DNA of 64,000 bases. Origin: Mobula hypostoma. Lineage: Eukaryota. Within the stretch, counting starts at the first letter, position 1, and every line of letters begins with the position of its first letter. Shown piece after piece: positions 39,170-52,075 of this stretch. Location: assembly GCF_963921235.1 (NCBI RefSeq), contig NC_086101.1, forward strand, positions 9,798,001 to 9,862,000, given 5' to 3'. The notes beneath the pieces were generated by a model. It worked only from the letters and a program-made list of their open reading frames with translations, did no database searches and was not told the origin of the DNA. A program made the translations under genes and the position numbers.

Positions 39170-39645
39170 GTCTCAACTATCTAACATAATTCCTTAATGA
39201 TAGCGTTAAATGTTGTTTCAAAATATCACCCCCCCCACCTAATGAAGTTAATGAACAATTGACTCTAATATTCCCGCAATTTTCTATTCCTATTTAAAGA
39301 TCCAATGAGAGGGAAATTCCGCAACAACCAATCAGCTTGCTGTTTCTCCGGTCCTTTCCCCTCACCATCCTGCGTTGTGCTCCTGTCATCACCGCAGCTC
39401 CCAGGTCGGTGAAGGCGTCGAGCATCGGAATCTGTGAATTCCGTCTGCTCCAGGTTCCCCCGCCAACAGGCAACTGCGCTGACAGATTAAAATATCGGTC
39501 CTTCTCTCATTGTCTAAAATATCTCTGCCCAGCAGCAATTTACCACGTGATCTTCAGCAGCTGAAGTCGCTCATTTCCACCATCGGAAGGGCAGTCGGTG
39601 GGCAGTAAATGCTGGTCCTACTGCCAATGCCCACATTGCGTTAAC
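39170..39645 (+). promoter_or_regulatory. Copy 3 of the triplicated CCAAT-kB-CCAAT module
   Basis: CCAAT 39302-39306, GGGAAATTCC 39311-39320, CCAAT 39328-39332, CAGGTCGGTGAA ~39402. Confidence 0.55.
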
Positions 39646-39656
39646 AATAAAATCTT

Positions 39657-42600
39657 AACCATGTAACAATTACAGCGCGGAAACAGGCCATCTCGGCCCT
39701 TCTAGACCGTTCCGAACTCTTACTCTCACCTAGTCCCACCGACCTGCACTCAGCCCATAACCCTCCATTCCTTTCCTGTCCATATAGCTATCCAATTTAA
39801 CTTTAAATGACAACATCGAACCTGCCTCAACCACTTCTGCTGGAAGCTCGTTCCACACAGCTACCACTCTCTGAGTAAAGAAGTTCCCCCTCATGTTACC
39901 CCTAAACTTTTGCCTTTTAACTCTCAACTCATGTCCTCTTGTTTGAATCTCTCCCACTCTCAATGGAAAAAGCCTATCCACGTCAACTCTATCAATCCCC
40001 CTCATAATTTTAAATACCTCTATCAAGTCCCCCCTCAACCTTCTACGTTCCAAAGAATAAAGACCCAACTTGTTCAACCTTTCTCTGTAACTTAGGAGAT
40101 GAAACCCAGGTAACATTCTAGTAATCTTCTCTGTACTCTCTCTATTTTGTTGACATCTTTCCTATAATTTGGTGACCAGAACTGTACACAATACTCCAAT
40201 TTGGCCTTACAAATGCCTTGTACAATTTCAATATTACATCCCAACTCCTATACTCAAAGCTTTGATTTATAAAGGCCAGCATACCAAAAGCTTTCTTCAC
40301 CACCCTACCCACATGAGATTCCACCTTCAGGGAACTATGCACCATAATTCCTAGATCTCTCTGTTCTACTGCATTCTTCATTGCCCTACCATTTAACATG
40401 TATGTCCTATTTTGATTAGTCCTACCAAAATGTAGCAGCTCACATTATTCAGCTTTAAACTCCTTCTGTCATCTTTCAGCCCACTCTTCTAACTGGCCTA
40501 AATCTCTCTGCAAGCTTTGAAAACCTACTTCATAATCCACAACTCCACCTATCTGCATACTTACTCATCCAATTTACCACCCCATCATCCAGATCATTAA
40601 CATATATGACAAACAACATTGGACCCAGTACAGATCCCTGAGGCACACCACTAGTCACCGGCCTCCAATCTGACAAACAGTTATCCACCACTACTCTCTG
40701 GCGTCTCCCATCCAGCCACTGCTGAATCCATTTTACTACTTCAATATAATACCTAATGATTGAACCTTCCTAACTAACCTTCCCTGTGGAACCTTGTCAA
40801 AGGCCTTACTGAAGTCCATATAGACAACATCCAGCACTTTATTCTCATCAGCTTTCCTTGTAACCTCTTCAAAAAATTCAATAAGGTTTGTCAAACACGA
40901 CCTTCCATGCACAAATCCATGTTGACTGTTCCTAATCAGACCCTGTCTATCCAGATAATTATATATTCCATCTCTAAGAATACTTTCCATCAATTTACCC
41001 ACCACTGACGTCAAACTCACAAGCCAATAATTGCTAGGTTTACTCTTAGAACCCTTTTTAAACAATGGAACAACATGAGCAATATGCCAGTCCTCTGGCA
41101 CCATCCCCGTTTCTAATGACATTTGAAATATTTCTGTTAGAGCCCCTGCTATTTCCACACTAACTTCCCTCAAGATCCTAGGGAATATCCTGTCAGGACC
41201 CAGAGACTTATCCACTTTTATATTCCTTAAAAGCTCCAGTACTTCCTCTTCTTTAATCATTATAGTTTCCATAACTACCCTACTTGTTTCCCTTATCTTA
41301 CATAATTCAATATCCTTCTCCTTAGTGAATACCGAAGAAAAGAAATTGTTCAAAATCTCCCCCATCTCTTTTGGCTTCGCACATAACCGTCCACCTTGAT
41401 TCACTAAGGGACCAATTTTATCCCTCACTATCCTTGTGCTATTAAGATAACTGTAGAAACCCTTTGGATTTATTTTCACCTTACTTGCCAAAGCAGCCTC
41501 GTATCTTCTTTTAGCTTTTCTAATCTCTTTCTTAAGATACTTTTTACATTCTATATTGCTCGAGCACATGATTTACTCCAAGCTGCCTATATTTATTGTA
41601 GATCTCTCTCTTTTTCCAAACCAAGTTTCCAATATCCCTTGAAAACCATGGCTCACTCAAACTTTTAACCTTTCCTTTCAACCTAACAGGAACCCTCAAA
41701 ATTTCACCTTTAAATGACCTCCATTTCTCTATTACATCCTTCCATTAAAACAAATTGTCCCAATCCACTCCTTCTAAATCCTTTCACATCTCCTCAAAGT
41801 TAGCCTTTCTCCAATCAAAAATCTCAACCCTGGGTCCAGTCCAATCCTTCTCCATAATTATATTGAAACTAATGGCATTGTGATCACTGCACCCGAAGTG
41901 CTCCCCAGCACATACCTCCGTCACCTCACCTATCTCATTCCCTAACAGGAGATCCAACACTGCCCCTTCTCTAGTTGGTACCTCTATGTATTGCTGCAAA
42001 AAACTATCTTGCACACATTTTGCAAACTCCAAACCATCCAGCCCTTTTACAGAATGGGCCTCCCAGTCTATGTGTGGAAAATTAAAATCTCCCACAATCA
42101 TAACCCTGTGCTTACTACAAATATCTGTTATCTCCTCACAAATTTCCTTCTCCAATTCTCGCTCCCCATTAGGTGGTCTATAATACACCCCCATAAGTGT
42201 TACTACACCTTTCCCATTCCTCAATTCCACACAAATAGCCTCCCTAGACAAGTCCTCCAATCTATGCTGCCAAACCACTGCTGTAATATTTTCTCTGACA
42301 AGCAATGCAACACCTCCCCCTCTTGCCCCTCTGACTCTATCACACCTGAAGGAATGAAATCCAGGAATACTTAGTTGCCAATCACACCCCTCCTGCAACC
42401 ATGTTTCAGTTAATAGCTACAACATCATATTTCCAGGTATCAATCCACGCTCTAAGCTCATCCACCTTTCTTACAATGCTCCCAGCATTAAAATAGATGC
42501 ATTTAAGAAACTCTCTACCTCTTACTCTCTGTTTATCCCTAATGGTGCAAACAACTTTGTTAACTTTTTCTTCCTTCTCCCCTACATCTTCGGTCTGAGT

Positions 42601-43690
42601 GCTCCCGTTCTCTGACCCCTGCCTATCCTCCCTCACACACTGTCTACAGTTTTCTCTATTTATGAACTAACCACCTCTCTCCTAGTCTCTTCAATTTGAT
42701 TCCCACCCCCAACCATTCTAGTTTAAAGTCTCACCAGTAACCTTCACAAATCTCCCCACCAGAATATTGGTCCCCCTAGGATTCAAGTGCAACCTGTCCT
42801 TTTTGTACAGGTCACACCTGTGCCAAAAGAGGTCCCAATGACCCAGAAACTTGAATCCCTGCCCCTTGCTCCAATCCCTCAGCCATGCATTTATCCTCCA
42901 CCTCATTGCATTCCTACTCTCACTGTCGCGTGGCACAGGCAGTAATCCTGAGATTACTACCTTTGTGGTCCTTTTTCTTAACTCCCTTCCTAACTCCTTA
43001 TATTCTTCTTTCAGGACCTCTTCTCTTTTCCTACCTATATCATTGGTACCTATATGTACCACGACCTCTGGCTCTGCACCCTCCCACTTCAGGATATCTT
43101 GGACATGATCAGAAATATCCTCGACTCTGGCACCAGGGAGGCAAACTACCATCCGGTTCTCCTGACTGCGTCCACAGAATCGCCTATCGGACCCCCCTAA
43201 CTATCGAGTCCCCTATTACTACTGCCCTCCTCTTCCTTTCCCTAACCTTCTGAGCAACAGGGCTGAACTCCGTGCCAGAGGCACGGCCACTGTCGCTTCC
43301 CCCAGGTAAGTTGTCCCCCCCAACAGTACTCAAACAGGAGTACCTATTGTCAAGGGGCAGAGCCACTGGGGTACTCTCTAGAACCTGAAACTTCCCCTTC
43401 CCCCTCCTAACCGTGACCCACTTGTCTGCCTCCCGTGGCCCCGGTGTGACAACCTGCCTGTAACTCCTCTCTATCATCTCCTCACTCTCCCTGACCAGAT
43501 GAAGGTCATCAAGCTGCAGCTCCAGTTCCCTAACGCGGTCCTTTAGGAGCTGCAGCTCGGCGCATCTGGCGCAGATGTGGACGTCCGGGAGACTAAGAGA
43601 CTCCAGGACCTCCCACATCCGACACCGACAGCAACAAGATGCCCTCTCACTCATACTTCCACCTTTCCTCAAATAATAGGAAAAAATTGA
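39657..43690 (-). mobile_element. Near full-length CR1 LINE, inactivated: ORF1 (zinc finger/leucine zipper plus SGNH esterase) and ORF2 (APE plus RT)
   Basis: ORF1 CCRCRMWE..ICARCAELQLLKDRVRELELQLDDL..VVIGDSIVRG; VCLPGARV..VVHIGTNDI..DRLHLN; APE YRPPN/GDFNFP/SDHN; RT YMDFSKAFDKVP; several frameshifts. Confidence 0.97.
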
Positions 43691-43774
43691 AAACCGAATC
43701 TACTTTACCTTCTTATTAGGTTGAAATTTCCTCCCTAATAGGACTTTTTGATTGTGTAGATAGGCAAAGGCTTT

Positions 43775-44110
43775 TTTGATCATGTGGATAGTCAGAGACT
43801 TTTTCCCAGGGCTGAAATGGTTACCACAAGAGGACACAAGTTTAAGGTGCTGGGAAGTAGGTACAGAGAAGATGTCAGGGGTAAGTTTATAAAAACAGAG
43901 AGTAGTGCGTGTGTGGAATGGGCTGCCGGCAATGGTGGTGGAGGCGGATGTGACAGGGTCTTTTAAGAGACTTTTGGATAGGTACATGGAGCTTAGAAAT
44001 ATAGAGGACTATGGGTAAGTCTAGTAACTTCTAAGGTAGAGACATGTTCAGCACAAAATTGTAGGCCGAAGGCATGCATTGTGCTGTAGGTTTTCTACGT
44101 TTCTATGTTT
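43775..44110 (+). mobile_element. CR1 3' fragment
   Basis: DSQRLFPRAEMVTTRGHKFKV; tail tttctacgtttctatg. Confidence 0.88.
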
Positions 44111-44436
44111 AAATTCTCTTGAATCTCATGAAGATTTTTCTTCATTGGATTTAGAATACTCTCCTCTTCCTCGCTGAGATCTCTGAGTAAGTACTGCCTT
44201 TTCTTAGAGAGAATCTGGTGCAGTTCAGCAAAATGGGCAGTGATGTGGGACTGAACATGATGAGACTGTACCTGTCAAATGACCATGAAGATTAATATAT
44301 CATATTACTGCACCACGACAGTGAAAATGATCATTTGGTCCTTAAAATTTGTCCTGATTTTCAGAGCAATCCCCCCCAGTCCCATTCCTTCAGTCTAAGA
44401 AATCTCTTCTCCATCACATACCCATTAACCTGGACC

Positions 44437-44900
44437 GCACACATTGATAACGATCGATCCTGGGCCACACACATTGATAAAGATCGATCCTGGGCCACAC
44501 ACATTGATAAACATTGATCCTGGGCCACACACATTGATAAAGATTGATCCTGGGCCACACACATTGATAAAGATCGATCCTGGGCCACACACATTGATAA
44601 AGGTCGATCCTGGGCCACACACATTGACAACGATCTATCCTGGGCTACACACATTGATACAGATCGATCCTGGGCCACAGACATTGATAACGATCGATCC
44701 TGGGCCACACACATAGATACAGATCGATCCTGGGCCACACACATTGATAACAATCGATCCTGGGCCACACACATTGATAAGGATCGATCCTGGGCCACAC
44801 ACATTGATAACGATCGATCCTGGGCCACACACATTGGTAACGATTGATCCTGGGCCACACACATTGATAACGATCGATCCTGGGCCACACACATTGATAA
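44437..44900. repeat. 30-bp minisatellite array A (~15-16 units)
   Basis: Unit GATCGATCCTGGGCCACACACATTGATAAC with variants. Confidence 0.97.
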
Positions 44901-46110
44901 CACACAGAGGATGCAGAAGGGGATCACAAAGTCGAGGAAAGAGGACCGGGTCGAGACAACAGAGACTTATGGAGAAAAGGAGTTCGGTGGGTAATAAAAT
45001 GGACGAGTTCACGGCACTAGCCAGGCGTCAGAGAACATTTCAGGAGTGGAGTGTTATGTGTTTCACTGGAACGGGGCTGCACGAGGACATACCCGATCAA
45101 AACTTCTCCATGGTTGGCATGGGAGTCCTTGTACAGGATTCCCTTAAAGTTAACCTTCAGGTTGAGTCGGTAGTGAAGAAGGCGTATGCAATGTTAGCAT
45201 TCATTTCTAGAGGAATAGAGTATAGGAGCAGGGATGTGATGTTGAGGCTCTATAAGGCGCTGGTGAGACCTCATAGAAACATTTCGAATGTTAAAAGGCA
45301 TGGACAGAGTGGATGTGGCAAAGTTGTTTCCCATGATGGGGGAGTCTGGTACGAGAGGGCATGACTTCAGGATTGAAGGGCGCCCTTTCAGAACAGAAAT
45401 GCGAAAAAAAATTTATAGTCAGAGGGTGGTGAATCTATGGAATTTGTTGCCACGGGCAGTAGTGGAGGCCAAGTCATTGAGCGTATTTAAGGCAGAGATT
45501 GATAGGTATCTGAGTAGCCAGGGCATCAAAGGTTATGGTGAGAAGGCGGGGCAGTGGGACTAAATAGAATAAAATGGATCAGCTCATGATAAAATGCCGG
45601 AGCAGACTCGATGGGCCGAATGGCCTACTTCTGCTCCTTTGTCTTATGGTCTTATGGTCTTATGGCTTCCAGACCATTCCGACTGACTAGAAGTGCACTG
45701 AGAACGGTAAGTGTAAAGGAGTTGGGTGCTTACTGTTCTGGTTAACCACAGATGGTGCAATCCGGGTCATATTACGATCGAGGAACATGTTTGTAGACCG
45801 GATATTGAACTTTTTACTGTTGGACTTCGGTCACATTCCACCGAGATTCAACACTGGGTGGCACAGGAGGTCGTTCCTGCCTGTGGCCATCGAACTTGCA
45901 GCTCCTCCCATGGAGGGTCAGACACCCTGAGCCAATAGACTGGTCCTGGACTTATTTCCATCTGGCATAGTTTGCATTTTGTTGTTTGATTGTTTGTGGG
46001 TTTTTGTATTGCTATATTTATGCTCTATTCTTGGTTGGTGCGGCTGTAACGAAACCCAATTTCCCTCGGGATCAATAAAGTATATCTATCTATCTATCTA
46101 TCTATCTAAA
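44901..46110 (+). mobile_element. Spacer copy 1: internally deleted Rex1-type LINE (APE start plus 3' end with (TATC)n tail) containing a CR1 fragment; 179-bp deletion relative to copy 2
   Basis: NKMDEF..VMCFTGT.LHEDIPD (APE N-terminus); CR1 at 45118-45665; LTVLVNHRWC..DIELF; ends gatcaataaagtatatctatctatc. Confidence 0.85.
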
Positions 46111-48390
46111 GATCTATCCTGGGACACACACATTGATAGAGATCGATCCTGGGCCACACACATTGATAACAATCTATCCTGGGCCACACACATTGATAAC
46201 GATCTATCCTGGGCCACACACATTGATACAGATCGATCCTGGGCCATACACATTGATAAAGATCGTTCCTGAGCCACACACATTGATAAAGATCGATCCT
46301 GGGTCACACACATTGATAACGATTGATCCTGGGCCACACACATTGATAACAATCTAACCTGGGTCACACACATTGATAACGATCTCTCCTGGGGCACACA
46401 CATTGATACAGATCGATCCTGGGCCACATACATTGATAACAATCGATCCTGGGCCACACACATTGATAATGATCGATCCTGGGCCACACACATTGATAAC
46501 GATCGCTCCTGGGCCACACACGTTGATAAATATCGATCGTGGGCCACACACATTGATAACGATCGATCCTGGGCCACACACGTTGATAAAGATCGATCCT
46601 GGGCCACACACATTGATAACGATCGATCCTGGGCCACACGCATTGATAACAATCTATCCTGGGCCACACACATTGATAATGATCTATCCTGGGCCACAAT
46701 CATTGATACAGATCGATCCTGGGCCACACACATTGATAACGATCGATCCTGGGCCACACACATTGATAACGATTGATCCTGGGTGACACACATTGATACA
46801 GATCTATCCTGAGTCACACACATTGATAACAATCGATCCTGGGCCACACACATTGATAATGATCTATCCTGGGCCACACACATTGATAAAGATCGATCCT
46901 GGGCCACACACATTGATAAAGATCGTTCCTGGGCCACACACATTGATAACGATCGATCCTGGGCCACACACATTGATGACGATCGATCCTGGGCCACACA
47001 CATTGATGACGATCTATCCTGGGCCACACACATTGATAACGATCGTTCCTGAGCCACACACATTGATAACAATCGATCCCGGGCCACACACATTGATAAG
47101 GATCGATCCTGGGCCACACACATTGATAACGATTGATCCTGGGCCACACACATTGATAACAATCTATCCTGGGTCACACACATTGATAAAGATCGATCCT
47201 GGGCCACACACATTGATACAGATCGATCCTGGGCCACACACATTGATAAAGATCGATTCTGGGCCACACACATTGATAACAATCGATCCTGGGCCACACA
47301 CATTGATAAAGATTAATCCTGGGCCACACACATTGATACAGATCAATCCTGGGCCACACGCATTGATAAACATCGATCCTGGGCCACACACATTGATACA
47401 GATCGATCCTAGGCCACACACATTGATAACGATTGATCGTGGGCCACACACATTGATGAAGTTTGATCCTGGGCCACACACATTGATAGAGATCGAACCT
47501 GGGCCACACACATTGATAAGGATCGATCCTGGACCACACACATTGATAACGATCGATCGTGGGCCACACACATTGATAACGATCGATCCTGGGCCACACA
47601 CATTGATACAGATCTATCCTGAATCACACACATTGATAACAATCGATCCTGGGCCACACACATTGATAATGATCTATCCTGGGCCACACACATTGATAAA
47701 GATCAATCCTGGGCCACACACATTGATAAAGATCGTTCCTGGGCCACACACATTGATAACGATCTATCCTGGGCCACACACATTGATACCGATCGATCCT
47801 GGGCCACACACATTGATGACGATCGATCCTGGGCCACACACATTGATAACAATCTATCCTGGGCCACACACATTGATAACGATCTATCCTGGGCCACGCA
47901 CATTGATACAGATCGATCCTGGGCCACACACATTGATAAAGATCGTTCCTGAGCCACACACATTGATAACGATCGATCCCGGGCCACACACATTGATAAG
48001 GATCGATCCTGGGCCACACACATTGATAACGATTGATCCTGGGCCACACACATTGATAACAATCTATCCTGGGTCACACACATTGATAACGATCTCTCCT
48101 GGGCCACACACATTGATACAGATCGATCCTGGGCCACACACATTGATAACAATCGATCCTGGGCCACACACATTGATAAAGATCGATTCTGGGCCACACA
48201 CATTGATAACAATCGATCCTGGGCCACACACATTGATAAACATCGATCCTGGGCCACACACATTGATACAGATCGATCCTGGGCCACACACATTGATAAC
48301 GATTGATCGTGGGCCACACACATTGATGAAGTTTGATCCTGGGCCACACACATTGATAAAGGTCGATCCTGGGCCACACACATTGATAAC
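46111..48390. repeat. 30-bp minisatellite array B (~76 units) with internal higher-order repetition
   Basis: Exact 30-bp period; diagnostic variant units recur 810-900 bp apart. Confidence 0.98.
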
Positions 48391-49778
48391 ACACAGAGGA
48401 TGCAGAAGGGGATCACAAAGTCGAGGAAAGAGGACCGGGTCGAGACAACAGAGACCTATGGAGAAGAGGAGTTCGGTGCATAATAAAATGGATGAATTCA
48501 CGGCACTAGCCAGGCGTCAGAGAATATTTCAGAGGTAGAGTGTTATGTGTTTCACTGGAACGTGGCTGCACGAGGACATACCCGATCAAAACTTCTCCAT
48601 GGATGGCTTGGGAGTCCTTGTACAGGATTCCCTTAAAGTTAACCTTCAGGTTGAGTCAGTAGTGAAGAAGGCGAATGCAATGTTGGCATTCATTTCTAGA
48701 AGAATAGAGTCTCGCAGCAGGGATGTGATGTTGAGGCTCTATAAGGCGCTGGTGAGTCCTCACTTGGAGTACTGTGAGCAGTTTTGGTCTCCTTATTTAA
48801 GAATGGATGTGCTGACGTTGGAGAAGGTACAGAGAAGATTCACTAAAATGATTCCGGGAGTAAGAGGTTTAACATATGAGCAACGTTTGTCCGCACTTGG
48901 ACTGTATTCCTTGGAGTTTAGAAGAATGAGGGGAGACCTCATAGAAACATTTCGAATGTTAAAAGGCATGGACAGAGTGGATGTGGCAAAGTTGTTTCCC
49001 ATGATGGGGGAGTCTAGTACGAGAGGGCATGACTTCAGGATTGAAGGGCGCCCTTTCAGAACAGAAATGCGAAAAAAAATTTTTAGTCAGAGGGTGGTGA
49101 ATCTATGGAATTTGTTGCCACGGGCAGTAGTGGAGGCCAAGTCATTGAGCGTATTTAAGGCAGAGATTGATAGGTATCTGAGTAGCCAGGGCATCAAAGG
49201 TTATGGTGAGAAGGCGGGGCAGTGGGACTAAATAGAATAAAATGGATCAGCTCATGATAAAATGCCGGAGCAGACTCGATGGGCCGAATGGCCTACTTCT
49301 GCTCCTTTGTCTTATGGTCTTATGGTCTTATGGCTTCCAGACCATTCCGACTGACTAGAAGTGCACTGAGAACGGTAAGTGTAAAGGAGTTGGGTGCTTA
49401 CTGTTCTGGTTAACCACAGATGGTGCAATCCGGGTCATATTACGATCGAGGAACATGTTTGTAGACCGGATATTGAACTTTTTACTGTTGGACTTCGGTC
49501 ACATTCCACCGAGATTCAACACTGGGTGGCACAGGAGGTCGTTCCTGCCTGTGGCCATCGAACTTGCAGCTCCTCCCATGGAGGGTCAGACACCCTGAGC
49601 CAATAGACTGGTCCTGGACTTATTTCCATCTGGCATAGTTTGCATTTTGTTGTTTGATTGTTTGTGGGTTTTTGTATTGCTATATTTATGCTCTATTCTT
49701 GGTTGGTGCGGCTGTAACGAAACCCAATTTCCCTCGGGATCAATAAAGTATATCTATCTATCTATCTATCTATCTAAA
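48390..49778 (+). mobile_element. Spacer copy 2 (undeleted) of the Rex1-type/CR1 chimeric element
   Basis: Near-identical to 44901-46110; the CR1 is flanked by atggctt on both sides (~48603 and ~49330). Confidence 0.88.
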
Positions 49779-50078
49779 GATCTATCCTGGGACACACACA
49801 TTGATAGAGATCGAACCTGGGCCACACACATTGATAAAGATCGCTCCTGGGCCACACACGTTGATAAAGATCGAACCTGGGCCACATACATTGATACAGA
49901 TCGATCCTGGGCCACACACATTGATAAAGATCGCTCCTGGGCCACACACGTTGATAAAGATCGAACCTTGGCCACACACAGTGATAACGATCGATCCTGG
50001 GCCACACACATTGATAAAGATCGATCCTGGGCCACACACAGTGATAAAGATCTACCCTAGGCCACATACATTGATACA
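49779..50078. repeat. 30-bp minisatellite array C (~10 units)
   Basis: Same unit as arrays A and B. Confidence 0.97.
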
Positions 50079-50612
50079 ATCACATACGACACTGCAGCGC
50101 TCTACTTCATTTGGAGTTTGAGGAGATTTGGATTGTCTCCAAAGACTCGTGAAGATTTCTGCAGGTGTGAGGCAGAGAGCGTTAGGGTCAAATGTAGAGG
50201 ATCGAAAAAGTTTGCAGACTCGACCAGACCCATCACAGACATGAACCTCCCCACTAACGATGTGTATTGAAAAGGCGGAGCCTTACATGCCGTCTTCTCA
50301 TTACAACCATCAGAGTGGAGGTACGGGAGCCTGACGACACACAGCCTATATTTAAGAAACAGCGTTTTCCCCTCCGCCATTAGGTTTCCACACAGCCCAT
50401 GAAAATCATGAACACAACCTGGTTATTCCTCCTTCGCAGTATCTATCTATTTATCTAACTGCTTACTTACTTCCCTATTGACTTCTCCGTTTGTCCATTT
50501 ATTTTTCGTTGTTGTAACCTATGGCAGTGTTAATGTATTGTACTGTGCTGTACTGCAGCCACCGCAAAACACTATGTATGACACTGCGAATAAACCCGAT
50601 TCCAGTTCCAGT
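50070..50612 (+). mobile_element. Old Rex1/Babar-type LINE 3' fragment, host of the minisatellite
   Basis: HIDTIT..QRLYFIWSLRRFGLSPKT follows the last repeat unit directly; FKNSVFPSAIRF; ends aataaacccgattccagttccag. Confidence 0.75.
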
Positions 50613-51318
50613 TCTCTCTCCCTTTCTGTCTCTCTCTCTCTCTCTCTCATACACACACACACACACACACACACACTTAGGGAAATTAATTTAATTTGCT
50701 AAGGAAAATCGATTGAAGTTGGTCGCAAGTAAATTCGAACTAAAGGCAGTTCTATTCACGATATCGTGAGGAGTGGAACCTCGAACAGTGGGTTTCGGAC
50801 TCAGATAATACAGAAAGCACCACTTCTTTATGCGTGTACAAATCGGTTGCAAAAGCAAAAGCTGTTCGATGAACCTTGTGAATTAGAAAAGATGAGTTAG
50901 GTTCACATGCAGTTCTCTTGTGATAAACTATACCCATAGCAAACGCCAAAAATTAAAAAAATCAGTCCTGTGTACAACTTTGTGTTAACAAACAGCTTGC
51001 CTCATATCCTTGAGTCTAATTCTTACAAGATAAGGTATTTTTCTAAGAATCGTCTCTGTTGAAAGAAAAGGCCATAACTCAGCTGCAAACTGCTTTCCAT
51101 ATTCAAAAAGCCTTTGTCTATGAAAATAATTAACTCACAGTATTTTCCTCCACTCAGACATCCTCTGAAATCTCCGCTAAGTGGTAATTCTGTCCAAACG
51201 GGTTTCCTGTGCTGAGATAACCTTGCGTCGCTCCAAGGGCGCTGGTTGAACGCCACAGTTGGGCTCATACAAATTTTCGGTCGCTTTCACAGAGCATTGC
51301 ACTCGTTTAGCAGAGGGA

Positions 51319-51545
<227 letters not shown>

Positions 51546-51549
51546 TACA

Positions 51550-52075
51550 GCGAGAGTGCGATTAAGGAAGAGCGTGAGAAAGTCGCTGCAGGAACTTCCA
51601 GCTATTCTGACAACAAAGGAACAAACTCCGCTCTTCCATCCGACTGACATCTCTCGCTCCCGCCCCCAGGCACACTTACGCCCAATCGGTGATCCGGTTG
51701 TGGAGCTGCCGTCTGTGATTGGTTGAATCGTGAGCACCGCGGTTCGCTGAGCGCTCGGAGCTTGGAACCGGGAGCTGCTCCTCGGGCAAAGGCTGCAACA
51801 CCGGCCGGGGCTGCGAAACCTCTCAGAGGCGCGGCGAAGAGAGTCTAGCCGAGAGTCCGTAAGGTGTTTCAGCGACACGGAGGGTGCCCGGCTTTCCCCA
51901 CCGAATCGTGGCCTGTTTGGCTGCAGCTGCCGCCGCCTAATTCCACATCCTCCTGCTGGGAGTCGGGAGCTGCACCGCAGTAGCTGCCGACGGATCTCTG
52001 GTGCTCTCACCGCTGCCCAGTGCGACCCGACAGGCGGAAGGCCAAGGGAGAACAAGGCGCAGAGGTAAACTCGTG
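51550..52075 (+). promoter_or_regulatory. CpG-island promoter with putative non-coding first exon
   Basis: High CpG density in a CpG-depleted window; GC box CCCGCCCC (~51659); CCAAT 51682; ATTGG 51718; no ATG in 51721-52070; donor-like CC|GTAAGG (51859) and GAG|GTAAAC (52065). Confidence 0.65.

Noticed and set aside
39657..43690. Active autonomous CR1
   Set aside because: Both ORFs have frameshifts or stops, and no long 5' UTR is evident.
46098..48538. Long ORFs (581 aa +, 401 aa - and others) of repeats such as IDPGPHTLIT, MCVAQDRSLS and YQCVWPRIDR
   Set aside because: The 30-bp unit is a multiple of three and stop-free in several frames on both strands, so the ORFs are a by-product of the minisatellite; I see no independent coding signal.
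48545..49231. 228-aa APE/RT fusion ORF as a novel gene
   Set aside because: It is a chance in-frame junction between a Rex1-type fragment and an inserted CR1; the paralogous copy is broken by a 179-bp deletion.
44437..50078. CRISPR-like appearance (~30-bp repeats with a palindrome)
   Set aside because: The units are contiguous with no unique spacers, there are no cas genes, and the context is eukaryotic.
51718..51727. Cell-cycle CHR element after the CCAAT box
   Set aside because: GTTGAA departs from the TTTGAA consensus, so the support is too weak.
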